A stretch of DNA of 21,406 bases. Origin: Tubiluchus corallicola. Lineage: Eukaryota > Animalia > Priapulida. Below are positions 11,331-21,038 of the stretch, piece by piece. The stretch lies in assembly GCA_030141605.1 (NCBI GenBank), contig JAQGDQ010001909.1:1-21406 (forward strand), given 5' to 3'. The position numbers were made by a program, and so were the translations under genes. Positions within the stretch are counted from its first letter, which is position 1; every line of letters starts with the position of its first letter. The notes below the pieces were generated by a model. That model had not been told where the DNA came from. It did no database searches and worked only from the letters and a program-made list of their open reading frames with translations.

Positions 11331-12741
11331 ACATTTTATCAGATACCTGCATCGATTCGGGCAAGTAACAGTAAAATGGTTGTATAAAAGACTAAAGTAT
11401 TTCGTTACCATTTACCAGCAGTTTAGAAAGTCATTTGATCTCCATCAGCAGGTCTGTCGTTTCTCATAAATTTCTGCTACAGATACAGTTTCCTGTTTCA
11501 ATTTTCTTTCTTCTGTCTACCTTCTAAATGAAGAAACTGGATACTATAAATTACGTGAGCCTATGGCGTTCACAGAAATGCACATTTTGTGTTGTCGATG
11601 TGGGCAAGGAAATGGGGGGGGGGAGCTGTTACTGAATTAAAGTTTGCCCATAATTATTAAGCCTGTTAGCTTTTACAATCAAAGAATCAAACAACACAAT
11701 CATTAACAAATCACGAGGAATTATATTATAACATCTGTACTATCAGCTACAATCACTGAATCAAATAACATAATTATTATCAATACTAAAATACCACTAT
11801 ACTAAAACACAGCAGAACAATTAGCCTGGCTAGCCCACACGTCTAAATGTTCAAGGTAGACCTGTCTTACACAGCTTAAATACAGAAAACTAAAACACTA
11901 TTAATGTAAAAGGTCATTCAGAAGCAAATAAGTACAGTAAGATTAGAGGGAAATTTAAGCTATTTCAATGTTATAACAAGCCTAAAAAAGGAGGGAATGA
12001 GATGAAAAAATTATGAAAGAGAGATGAGCAAGAAGACAAACAATGTAATATTCACAAGTCAAGTTAATCAAACGCGAACTTTGCGACAGTCGACTCCCGG
12101 TAACTTGTAACACAGCATTGTTGCTACAGTATTAATACAGATTTATTTATAACTTTCTTTGTATCATCAAGACCTGCGCATTACGTCTTTCTCCATCAGT
12201 TTCACTGATGCATTAGTTGAGACTGTAATCTTTGGGCAAAAATCCCACGTGTTCTCTAGTTTCATCGTTCATGATGTATCGAATACCTGAAATGTTAGAC
12301 AATGGGATGGAGAAGTCAATTTCTCTGCGAACATGCTTTTCTTGTCTAAAAGAAAGAGCAATAACGTGCTGATTCTTCTTACCTCTCAAGATCCCATTGA
12401 AAAATCGCAGTTTTCATTATCTAGTTCACCTGCTCCCAGGGATAATTGCTGAATAAATCCACTATTCAACTGGTCACAACGTGTATTTCGAGACGTGAAG
12501 AGAAAATTAATTTGGCAAAGTGGTAAAACGACGTGTACGTGTTCACTCAAAGTTCTTCACCTTTGTGTTCACCACCTGAACTGTAATTGTTACTGACATT
12601 AAGACTATTGATAGACGAGGTCGTACAACATGTAACTCTACTGTCTTACTTGGAACGATAATTCATACAAAAATGGAATATTAGCGATAAAAATAATGCC
12701 TTTTTCGTAATTGCTTTAATGCGCTTAGTATTTGTGAAATA

Positions 12742-12861
12742 GACTACGGCCAAATCACGTTGAAAACACCGGTTCTCGTCTGATCACCGAAGTTAAGCAA
12801 CGTGGAGCCTGGTTAGTACTTGGATGGGTGACCCCCTAGGAATACTAGGTGCTGTAGGCTT
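12742..12861 (+). pseudogene. 5S rRNA-derived head (full 120 nt), not a canonical 5S gene
   Basis: GACTACGGCC...GATCACCGAAGTTAAGCAACG...TTAGTACTTGGATGGGTGACC...GAATAC...GTGCTGTAGGCTT is recognisable metazoan 5S. Only TT follows, with no oligo-T terminator, and it runs into the SINE body. Confidence 0.93.
12791..12838 (+). promoter_or_regulatory. Pol III type-1 internal control region (A box, intermediate element, C box)
   Basis: AGTTAAGC begins at +50 of the 5S head and TGGATGGGTGACC lies near +80, the established positions of the TFIIIA-bound internal promoter. Confidence 0.75.
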
Positions 12862-13166
12862 GCGGGATGCCCACACTGTATCTCGACACTAGGCGGAGGA
12901 GCTGCACAAAAGCAGCCAACGGCTAGACGGCAGAGGAGGTCAAGTGACCCAAGGGCCATGTGTAGAGGAGTAAACCTTCCAAATCAGGAGTGGAGCCCCG
13001 AAGGCGGACCAGTGCAGCATGCTCACTGACTCCGGCAGCCAACCTGGTGCCAAACGTATCGCTCCGCTTTCCTTTGAACTACACCAGTGAGGAAGAGCGA
13101 GGGTTCCTGTTGTCTGGGCAACTCAGGATCTCCATATACCTTGCCCAGGCAGTGCGCCCGGGGAGA

Positions 13167-13232
13167 CGTTCAAAGATCGGACTGCTGAGCCACAGTTGAT
13201 GCTGCAGTTCCATCAATGTGATCAATAGCTGA
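13167..13232 (+). pseudogene. Relic of an RTE-clade ORF C-terminus inside the SINE
   Basis: Translates RSKIGLLSHS*CCSSINVINS*; the internal TGA is plausibly from CGA. Copy 2 reads SRIGL at 20964-20978. Both match the SRIGL.SH.R.C end of the RTE C-terminal zinc-finger-like motif. Confidence 0.75.
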
Positions 13233-15490
13233 CTCTCTTGGTGCGCACTCCATTGTCTTCCGAGACAGAAGGATGCCAACGAACCATTTGTGAAATGTCC
13301 CGTCTACAGTTACTGTAGCTATTTTTTCTTCTCAAACGCAGAAAAAAACTGTCAACTAACTGTCGCTCTGAGTCACAATTTTCTCTTTCCTTCATATCAG
13401 GAGAAGATTTTGTGTTCTTTCCAAACTCTTCCGCCACGATGTGAGACCTGCTTTCTCATAGTTGGCATAATGCAATAATATGCATTATGCAGAGACAAAG
13501 ATATTTTACATTTAGGCTAATGGCAATTACGTACATTTTGTGTGTCAAGTAAATGTACATGTTTGAAACAACCTCCATTTATCGTTTATAATTTACTGTG
13601 CTGATAATTTATTCTTATACAACGCTATTGCTGATATATCTGAAAATAAAACCCCGAAAGTAACACTTATAAAAATACAGAAGATGGATGTGGTAAGGGG
13701 GCAGCTAATGGTCTATGGGGGCTTTCAGGGGGTACACCCAGTCAGTTTCTATGCTAAAAAGGCACTGCACTAAAAACCCTAAGTTCTACAAAAGAACACA
13801 AGAGTAGTATATAGACTACATGGGAAGGTTTACTGCGGAGTTGTAAGCATCCCCATGCTTGCATTCTTGTTTCAGAATAGCCGCCAGCTTTCATGTTTTT
13901 GCCGCTTTCTCATAAATGTTGAAATTGCAGGATATCGTGATGGAAACACGCGGTGTTGCACGCGTGACGGGCTTCCTACAGGGTTGTAAACTTTGCTGAT
14001 TACCTTTTACTGTCCTCTAACTTTTGCTGTAAGGTGCGAGATATCTGAACGATGTTTTAGCTGAATTCCCCAGAGCATATCACTGCCGTTCAGAAACAAC
14101 GCGGCACAAACTAAAAACAACGAAACCATTTTTTTTGCTGTCGTGAATTACCGCTTCTCGTTAATCGTTTCTTTGGCTGATGTTGACTTTCGAAGATGAT
14201 GAGGATACTATTAATAAATGGCGCCACTGCTTCTGCTTTCACAAAGATTGCGTCGTATCGTGGTAACATGGGAAACGTAGGACGAGACTGAATGAAAGGC
14301 GTTTGATCGACTATATATGTTTGGGCTTTACGGTGACAAACAAAGTCATCATTTTGCTCAGCATAACTGTTTATTGTTTGTGTACCATTGTTCACGTCAC
14401 ATGCCCCTTAGTCATTTACTTCATCATATCTGACACTGTGACGCCATTACCCAAAATATTACATTTTATCTAAAACAAGATATATAAATTTCTTTAATAA
14501 ACTAATTCATTTCTTACCAAAACATCGATTACGATTAAGTGAAATTAATGAGAGACTTACAGTAAATAAAATAAATGACTAAATAAATAAAATTTACGTA
14601 CATCGTTGGCATTAAATCGTGAGTTCACAGAAACACGTCATCACATGAACACCTTGAAACTTAAATGACCGGAAATTCACTAGGATGCAAATATTGAGGC
14701 CAGGTGTCGCCACTTGTAACTGTATGGCTATATTAAATTTAACAAACAAAAATCCTTGACAATATATTTACAAGATGAAATATATACACACAGGAAAAAA
14801 GGGAAAAATTATGCAAAAATAACATTTCACAAATCAAAATCCACAAACCGGACTTGAAATCTCTGGATTTGCTCCTGTCTACCACATGGAATCGCTCATT
14901 GTCGTAAACGTATATCCTGTCTCACTGTTAATCCGATGCCAAATTGTATTGAAAACAACCAAGTCGTTTGAGGTGTCCCCACAACCACTGTAGATGGCAG
15001 CTTGTGGTACCGATTTCGTCATCCATCTGAGGGAGAAGAAAGCTGCGTTGAAACACTTGACGTATGTCTTGGTGCTTGGCTGTAATTTACATTTCATGGG
15101 CTTCTAGAGTAAACACAAAAATGCGAAGACGTATTGTATAAAATTCCGTTTTCCGCGAAATTTTCTGCGTTGACCTACCTCAGTAGAATTTGCATATGGT
15201 ACATTATACAGTTTTGCCGAAGAGCTGCTGTCCTAACAGCTAGGCTAATGAAATGATGCGGTCTGGCTGGCTGTACAATCAGTGATGCAATTCAATTTGC
15301 CATTCTGTATCTCAAGGTTAGTGCAAACAAGCCTGGCGGCTTCAGCAAATTTTGCAAAATGCACTGAATTGTCACAAGTTTATTTGTCATTGTCAAAAAT
15401 TCTTGAGAAAAATGCCACTAACTCTTTACGCTGACTTTCTCCAATAAAATTTGTTTAGATTACTGAGAATAAAAGTGTACATTATTTATT

Positions 15491-16587
15491 AAATAGTTCT
15501 GTCTTGTACTACCATTACCAGTACAAACTTACGTGATACCTCAAATAGTTCTATCTTGTACTACCACTACCAGTACAAACTTACGTGATGCCTGAAATAG
15601 TTCTATCTTGTACTACCATTACCAGTACAAACTTACGTGATGCCTCAAATAGTTCTATCTTGTACTACCACTGCCAGTACAAACTTACGTGATACCTGAA
15701 ATAGTTCTATCTTGTACTACCATTACCAGTACAAACTTACGTGATACCCGAAATAGTTCTATCTTGTACTACCATTACCAGTACAAACTTACGTGATACC
15801 TGAAATAGTTCTATCTTGTACTACCATTACCAGTACAAACTTACGTGATACCTGAAATAGTTCTATCTTGTACTACCATTACCAGTACAAACTTACGTGA
15901 TACCTCAAATAGTTCTATCTTGTACTACCACTACCAGTAGAAACTTACGTGATACCTGAAATAGTTCTATCTTGTACTACCATTACCAGTGCAAACATAC
16001 GTGATACCTGAAATAGTTCTATCTTGTACTACCATTACCAGTACAAACTTACGTGATACCTGAAATAGTTCTATCTTGTACTACCATTACCAGTACAAAC
16101 TTACGTGATACCTGAAATAGTTCTATCTTGTACTACCATTACCAGTGCAAACATACGTGATACCTGAAATAGTTCTATCTTATACTACCATTACCAGTAC
16201 AAACTTACGTGATACCCGAAATAGTTCTATCTTGTACTACCATTACCAGTGCAAACATACGTGATACCTGAAATAGTTCTGCCTTGTACTACCACTACCA
16301 GTACAAACTTACATGATACCTGAAATAGTTCTATCTTGTACTACCATTACCAGTACAAACTTACGTGATACCTGAAATAGTTCTATCTTGTACTACCATT
16401 ACCAGTACAAACTTACGTGATACCTGAAATAGTTCTATCTTGTACTACCATTACCAGTGCAAACATACGTGATACCTGAAATAGTTCTATCTTGTACTAC
16501 CATTACCAGTACAAACTTACGTGATACCTGAAATAGTTCTATCTTGTACTACCATTACCAGTACAAACTTACGTGATACCTGAAATA
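15491..16587. repeat. Minisatellite, 52-bp unit x21
   Basis: Unit AAATAGTTCTATCTTGTACTACCATTACCAGTACAAACTTACGTGATACCTG; 15491-16582 = 21 x 52. Confidence 0.99.
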
Positions 16588-16598
16588 ACACCTATGAT

Positions 16599-16669
16599 CA
16601 GTGGCGGCTCGTAGCTAAAATTAGTGGGGGTGCTGCAGTACCACAGTGCCTATACACGAGCGGCCACTG
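16599..16669. mobile_element. 71-bp hAT-type mini-MITE
   Basis: TIRs CAGTGGCGGCTCGT (16599-16612) and ACGAGCGGCCACTG (16656-16669) are complementary at 13 of 14 positions. The flanks CCTATGAT and CCTATATG resemble a decayed 8-bp TSD. Confidence 0.7.
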
Positions 16670-16810
16670 CCTATATGAAGAGTATTAATAGGTATTAACG
16701 TCCAAATGGGAATCTAAGTGAATCTTACTCGAGATAGCTCTAGCCGTCATGTTGGTATGGACAGAATTATGAACATTTGCACAATGAGTTGCTATCGAAC
16801 AAGAAATACC

Positions 16811-16876
16811 AAGCCAATCGTAATCGATAAATGATCAACCATAAGCCATCGTAATCGATTATTGATCAACCATAAG
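16811..16876. repeat. Small tandem duplication, about 32 bp x2
   Basis: AAGCCAATCGTAATCGATAAATGATCAACCAT is followed by AAGCCATCGTAATCGATTATTGATCAACCATAAG. Confidence 0.85.
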
Positions 16877-17179
16877 ATGTCAGAGTGCTAGAAGTTGAGC
16901 ACATTCTCAAGTCAAACCGTAACCTTATTGCTGCAACAATCAATTCACGTTCAGTAATCAATCAGAAATTAGTAAGTCGTTAAATCCCGTAAAGAAAAAA
17001 CTGCTTATGCAGAACCACTGCCATGATTGATAAAAAGCTCTAAGTTTTTTCATTCTGTGGATTTTAAATAAGGTTGTTGTCCAATGGGCCTATATTGGCT
17101 ACCTTATTAATAACTTCATACAATTCGGTTTTATATATTTTCATTGCAAAATTGATGGACGTAGTTGTTTTTTAAAGGC

Positions 17180-17496
17180 AATTTATGAAATGTAAAGCAT
17201 GTTTCTGTTAATTGTGTCATGTTAAATGTATGTATAGTGTAAAATATGTCATGTGAAATTTAATGTATTTTTGTAATATTGTTTTGTAAAAATATTTTAA
17301 TATTGTGTTTGTAAACATGTTCATTTATTGTATATAATTAGGCCTTAGTTTTGCACTTTAGTTTTTTTTAGTCTGCACTGGACGCATTTGTCTTGAACAG
17401 TGTTGTTATTTTAACATTACGCTGAGGATTACTCAATTTTATTATAATGAGTGAGCCATTTTAATGACAAATAAAGAATTAATATATGTATAATAT
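17180..17496 (+). mobile_element. 5'-truncated 3' UTR copy of the (TA)n-tailed LINE
   Basis: Reverse complement of 8331-8628; ends AAATAAAGAATT plus a degenerate TA tail. Possible short TSD AAGGC at 17175-17179 and 17497-17501. Confidence 0.85.
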
Positions 17497-19251
17497 AAGG
17501 CTTAAGAGAATGCTAGCAGTGCTATGATGATGTGTTTTATCGGTTAGTCGCGTCTGTGGTTTGGTGCATATACATGCGATTGGCTGTTTCTGATTAAACC
17601 TAACAGAACACGTGGCAGAAGCTGTGCATTATAGTAATTGTTTGCTTTACTTATTCATCTCTCTGTTTGAGGAACCTTCGCTCGTGGCTGTTGGCTTTTG
17701 TTAGAATGTTACGCGTTAAAAATCGCCCTAGATTTGTCCGTGCGTGAATTGCTTCTGTCCATTGTCCGCTGGTTCTAGTGTTGCGTGCGTGGACGTTACA
17801 TTCATGAATCAATGAAAACGCATATGACCTGAATTCCAGGGCGGTTCGTATTGTCGATGGCTTCTCTCTTTGTCCTGTGCCCTCTTTGTATCTACCACTA
17901 ACGCAATCCTTTTAGTTTTCTGTTTTTATTGTCGAATTACTACTAATGGACACTGATTTTGAAAGAGCTTAGTGTAATGTTAATTGCTTATTATGGGAAT
18001 ATTATTGCCCGGCTGTGAATACTTTGAAGAGGTCTTTTCACTCGGTATTCTCTTGTTAGCGCAGCAATGAAAAGCTTCTGCGATGACAGATCGTCACGCG
18101 TCCCAGTGACATGGACAGATAGTATTCATTTGTCATATGTAGATAATCTGATAGACTCTGTGACAATTTACCATGAACCGATTTCGCAGTTTTTGTTATC
18201 TGCAGTTGTGCATTGAAGACTCGGAATTTTTCCATGACGAGCGCCTCCTGGTGTAAGGAGAGACGAGTGTATCAATTCACAAAGTACCCAATCAATCAAT
18301 GAATCTGATGAATCGACGGTGCTGTCGTGAAAGCACGCTCTTCATCTCCACAGAAAACTCGAATGTTTTGTCTATTTCGCTTCATAGATTCTGTTTCCTT
18401 CGAGGCATTCGAGTTGAAAAAAATTATACGGTCACGTAATAAGGTTGTTTTTGCCTTACACAAGCTGTTTTACATTGTAAAATGAGACCTTTATATTATT
18501 TCCCGTATGACATGACATCGGCTTTTCAGCAAATTGTATGCCTGCTTTGCACTTAAATGTGTAATACCCGTGAAATACTTATTCTTGTACGAAAAAAACA
18601 CTATGTTGTACAATAAATTGATGTTCATTATCATTTCGTGATTTCTTTAGACCCGAAATAGTTTTGATTTTCTACGATACGAAATTTTACCCGTGACTAC
18701 CATTTTTTATCATTTGCAGTAAATTTTATGATTTCAGTTAAAACTGAAACTTTAACACTTGCCATTTTTAGTGGTTCACAATCACGTGAAACGTTGGTAT
18801 TTGCCTTTCAAACATTATCCAGTTTTTCTAACAAAAATTATTAGGTTGCAATAATAGTAAATTATATCCGTCCCTGTATGGTTCTAGTCCTCCGACTTCT
18901 CAGAATCGCAGGTCACTTTTCTCCTCTCCTCAAACTAAAATTCTTTTTTATTATAGTTATGAAAAGAGGAATCCGTATTTCAAAGAATCTTATTTGACGT
19001 AAAACTTCAACGTATTGTTGGGAAACAGAAAAAATGCTTTATTCAGTATCGTAGAATAAGAATAACGAATTCCTTGTAACACAAAACATCCATTTCAGTT
19101 CTAACGCCCACTCTGCCCTGCGTGCAGAAAAATGACCTTATGTATAAATGCAAAACTATATTGTGCATTTGGTAAAATTAAATTTAACACATTGTACGTT
19201 CTTTTCCATTTGTCCTCTGACTTTCTTCCCAATTGCTGAGAATCACTCTTT

Positions 19252-19863
19252 GAGACATCACTCCTGTGACGTAGAGACATCACTCCTGTGACGATAGACA
19301 TCACTCCTGTTCTAGAGAATGTAGAGACACACTGACGTAGAGACATCACTCCTGTGTGAGACATCACTCCTGTGACGTAGAGACATCACTCCTGTGACGT
19401 AGAGACATCACTCCTGTGACGTAGAGACATCACTCCTGTGACGTAGAGACATCACTCCTGTGACGTAGAGACATCACTCCTGTGTCGTAGAGACATCACT
19501 CCTGTGACGTAGAGACATCACTCCTGTGTCGTAGAGACATCACTCCTGTGACGTAGAGACATCACTCCTGTGTCGTAGAGACATCACTCCTGTGACGTAG
19601 AGACATCACTCATGTGTCGTAGAGACATCACTCCTGTGACGTAGAGACATCACTCCTGTGTCGTAGAGACATCACTCCTGTGACGTAGAGACATCACTCC
19701 TGTGACGTAGAGACATCACTCCTGTGTCGTAGAGACATCACTCCTGTGACGTAGAGACATCACTCCTGTGTCGTAGAGACATCACTCCTGTGACGTAGAG
19801 ACATCACTCCTGTGTCGTAGAGACATCACTCCTGTGACGTAGAGACATCACTCCTGTGACGTA
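19252..19863. repeat. Minisatellite, 22-bp unit, about 27 copies
   Basis: Unit GAGACATCACTCCTGTG(A/T)CGTA; 23 regular units from 19358, preceded by irregular ones. Confidence 0.98.
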
Positions 19864-20615
19864 TACAGCAACAAATGCTTTATAACCGCTCTGGTGTTGT
19901 AATTATTGCTGTTTATGAATGTCCTCTTGAGTCAGATCGACCCGGACGAGTGAAATCTGCGCTTCTCGACGAAAACTCAGTCTTCAAAGAAAAAGCGTTG
20001 GCCGATAGAGAGGGCAAAATTGATTGCAGATTAAAGTCGGTTGAGTGATTGCGGTCGTGTGCGTAAAGTTTTCTTACATTTAGCAGTAATCCGACCATCC
20101 TTCAACCGGAAGATAACGCGGATTGAGAAATGCTGACTCGCTTGTAATCGGGCAGCTTTCGGATACAAATTACTTTATCTGTTTACATTGTGGGTTCATT
20201 GGGCGTTTTGGCTTGCCAGCCTGCTGTACGTGCGTGTCATTAAAGTTAGAATTTCTAGGAAGTTCATACTAAGTCTGGTCATTGCGAGTGTCCTGCTACC
20301 TGCGTTGCTATACCTTGTGTGCAGGTGTGATGAATTTCTTGATAAACTTCTGGTTCAGAATGGACAGTACAATAGCTTTGCTGGCATTTCATTGTCTAGG
20401 AATAATTTGCGTAAATAAGTAGAGGTAAAAAATCAATGTGAACTGAATTGTGGATTAGTGTACGCAATATTTCTGTAGAACTTTATGGATGAATAGTAAA
20501 GCGAAAACTTCGCGACTAAAGTGTTGAAGGTTTTCGCATTATTATGTGCTTTTCTACTTAACTCCCAATACGGTTTTTCATCACTTCATTTGATCATTTT
20601 AGTAAATATATATAT

Positions 20616-21038
20616 ACTACGGCCAAATCACGTTGTTTCTGATCACCGAAGTTAAGCAACGTAGAGCATTGTTAGTGCTTGGATGGGTGACCGCCTAGGA
20701 ATACTAGGTACTGTGTAGGCTTGCCGGATGTCCACACTGTATCTCGACACTAGGCGGAGGAGCTGCACAAAAGCAGCCAACGGCTAGAAGGCGGACCAGT
20801 CCAGCATGCTCACTGACTCCGGCAGCTCCTGCAGCCAACCTGGTGCCAAACGTATCGCTCCGCTTTCCTTTGGATTACACCAGGGAGGAAGAGAGGTGGT
20901 TCCTGTTGTCTGGGCAACTCAGGATCTCCATACACCTTGCCCAGGCGTGCGCCCTGGACACCTTCAAGGATTGGACTCTCTTGGCGCACATTCCATTGTC
21001 TTCCGAGACAGAAGAATGCCAAGAACAACAACAATAAC
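20616..21038 (+). mobile_element. Second, internally deleted copy of the 5S/RTE SINE3
   Basis: Colinear with 12743-13284. The 5S head (20616-20722) has a deletion of about 14 nt, and the body lacks 74-nt and 51-nt segments. It ends TGTCTTCCGAGACAGAAGAATGCCAAGAACAACAACAATAAC. No clean TSD. Confidence 0.9.

Larger units (their letters stand above)
12742..13285 (+). mobile_element. 5S rRNA-derived SINE (SINE3) with bipartite RTE-derived body and tail; near full-length copy
   Basis: 5S head 12742-12861; GC-rich body 12862-13166; RTE C-terminal relic 13167-13232; stem-loop TGTCT-TCCG-AGACA then GAAGGATGCCAACGAAC. Perfect TSD ATTTGTGAAAT at 12730-12740 and 13286-13296. A second copy lies at 20616-21038. 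Confidence 0.9.
12142..15026 (-). pseudogene. Possible decayed multi-exon gene (candidate exons 15026-14883, 14110-14004, 12580-12383, 12286-12213)
   Basis: Minus-strand splice-like signals: ttcttctccctcag| opens a 144-nt segment without stops in one frame; gttgtttttag| pairs with AAG|GTAATC; GAG|GTAAGA and ctaacatttcag| bound a 96-nt intron; a terminal segment GIRYIMNDETREHVGFLPKDYSLN* is followed by AATAAA at 12142-12147. The two middle segments contain stops, and no homology is confirmed. Confidence 0.25.

Noticed and set aside
12742-12861. Functional 5S rRNA gene or 5S rDNA cluster
   Set aside because: There is no oligo-T terminator, the TSD encloses head plus body, the tail is retroposon-like, and the flanks of the two copies are unrelated.
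12990-13279. ORFs in the SINE bodies (also 20806-21060) as real proteins
   Set aside because: The frames are not conserved between the two copies because of indels. Only the SRIGL relic is meaningful.
14111-14395. 94-aa minus-strand ORF
   Set aside because: It has a non-ATG start, no recognisable motif and no convincing splice boundaries.
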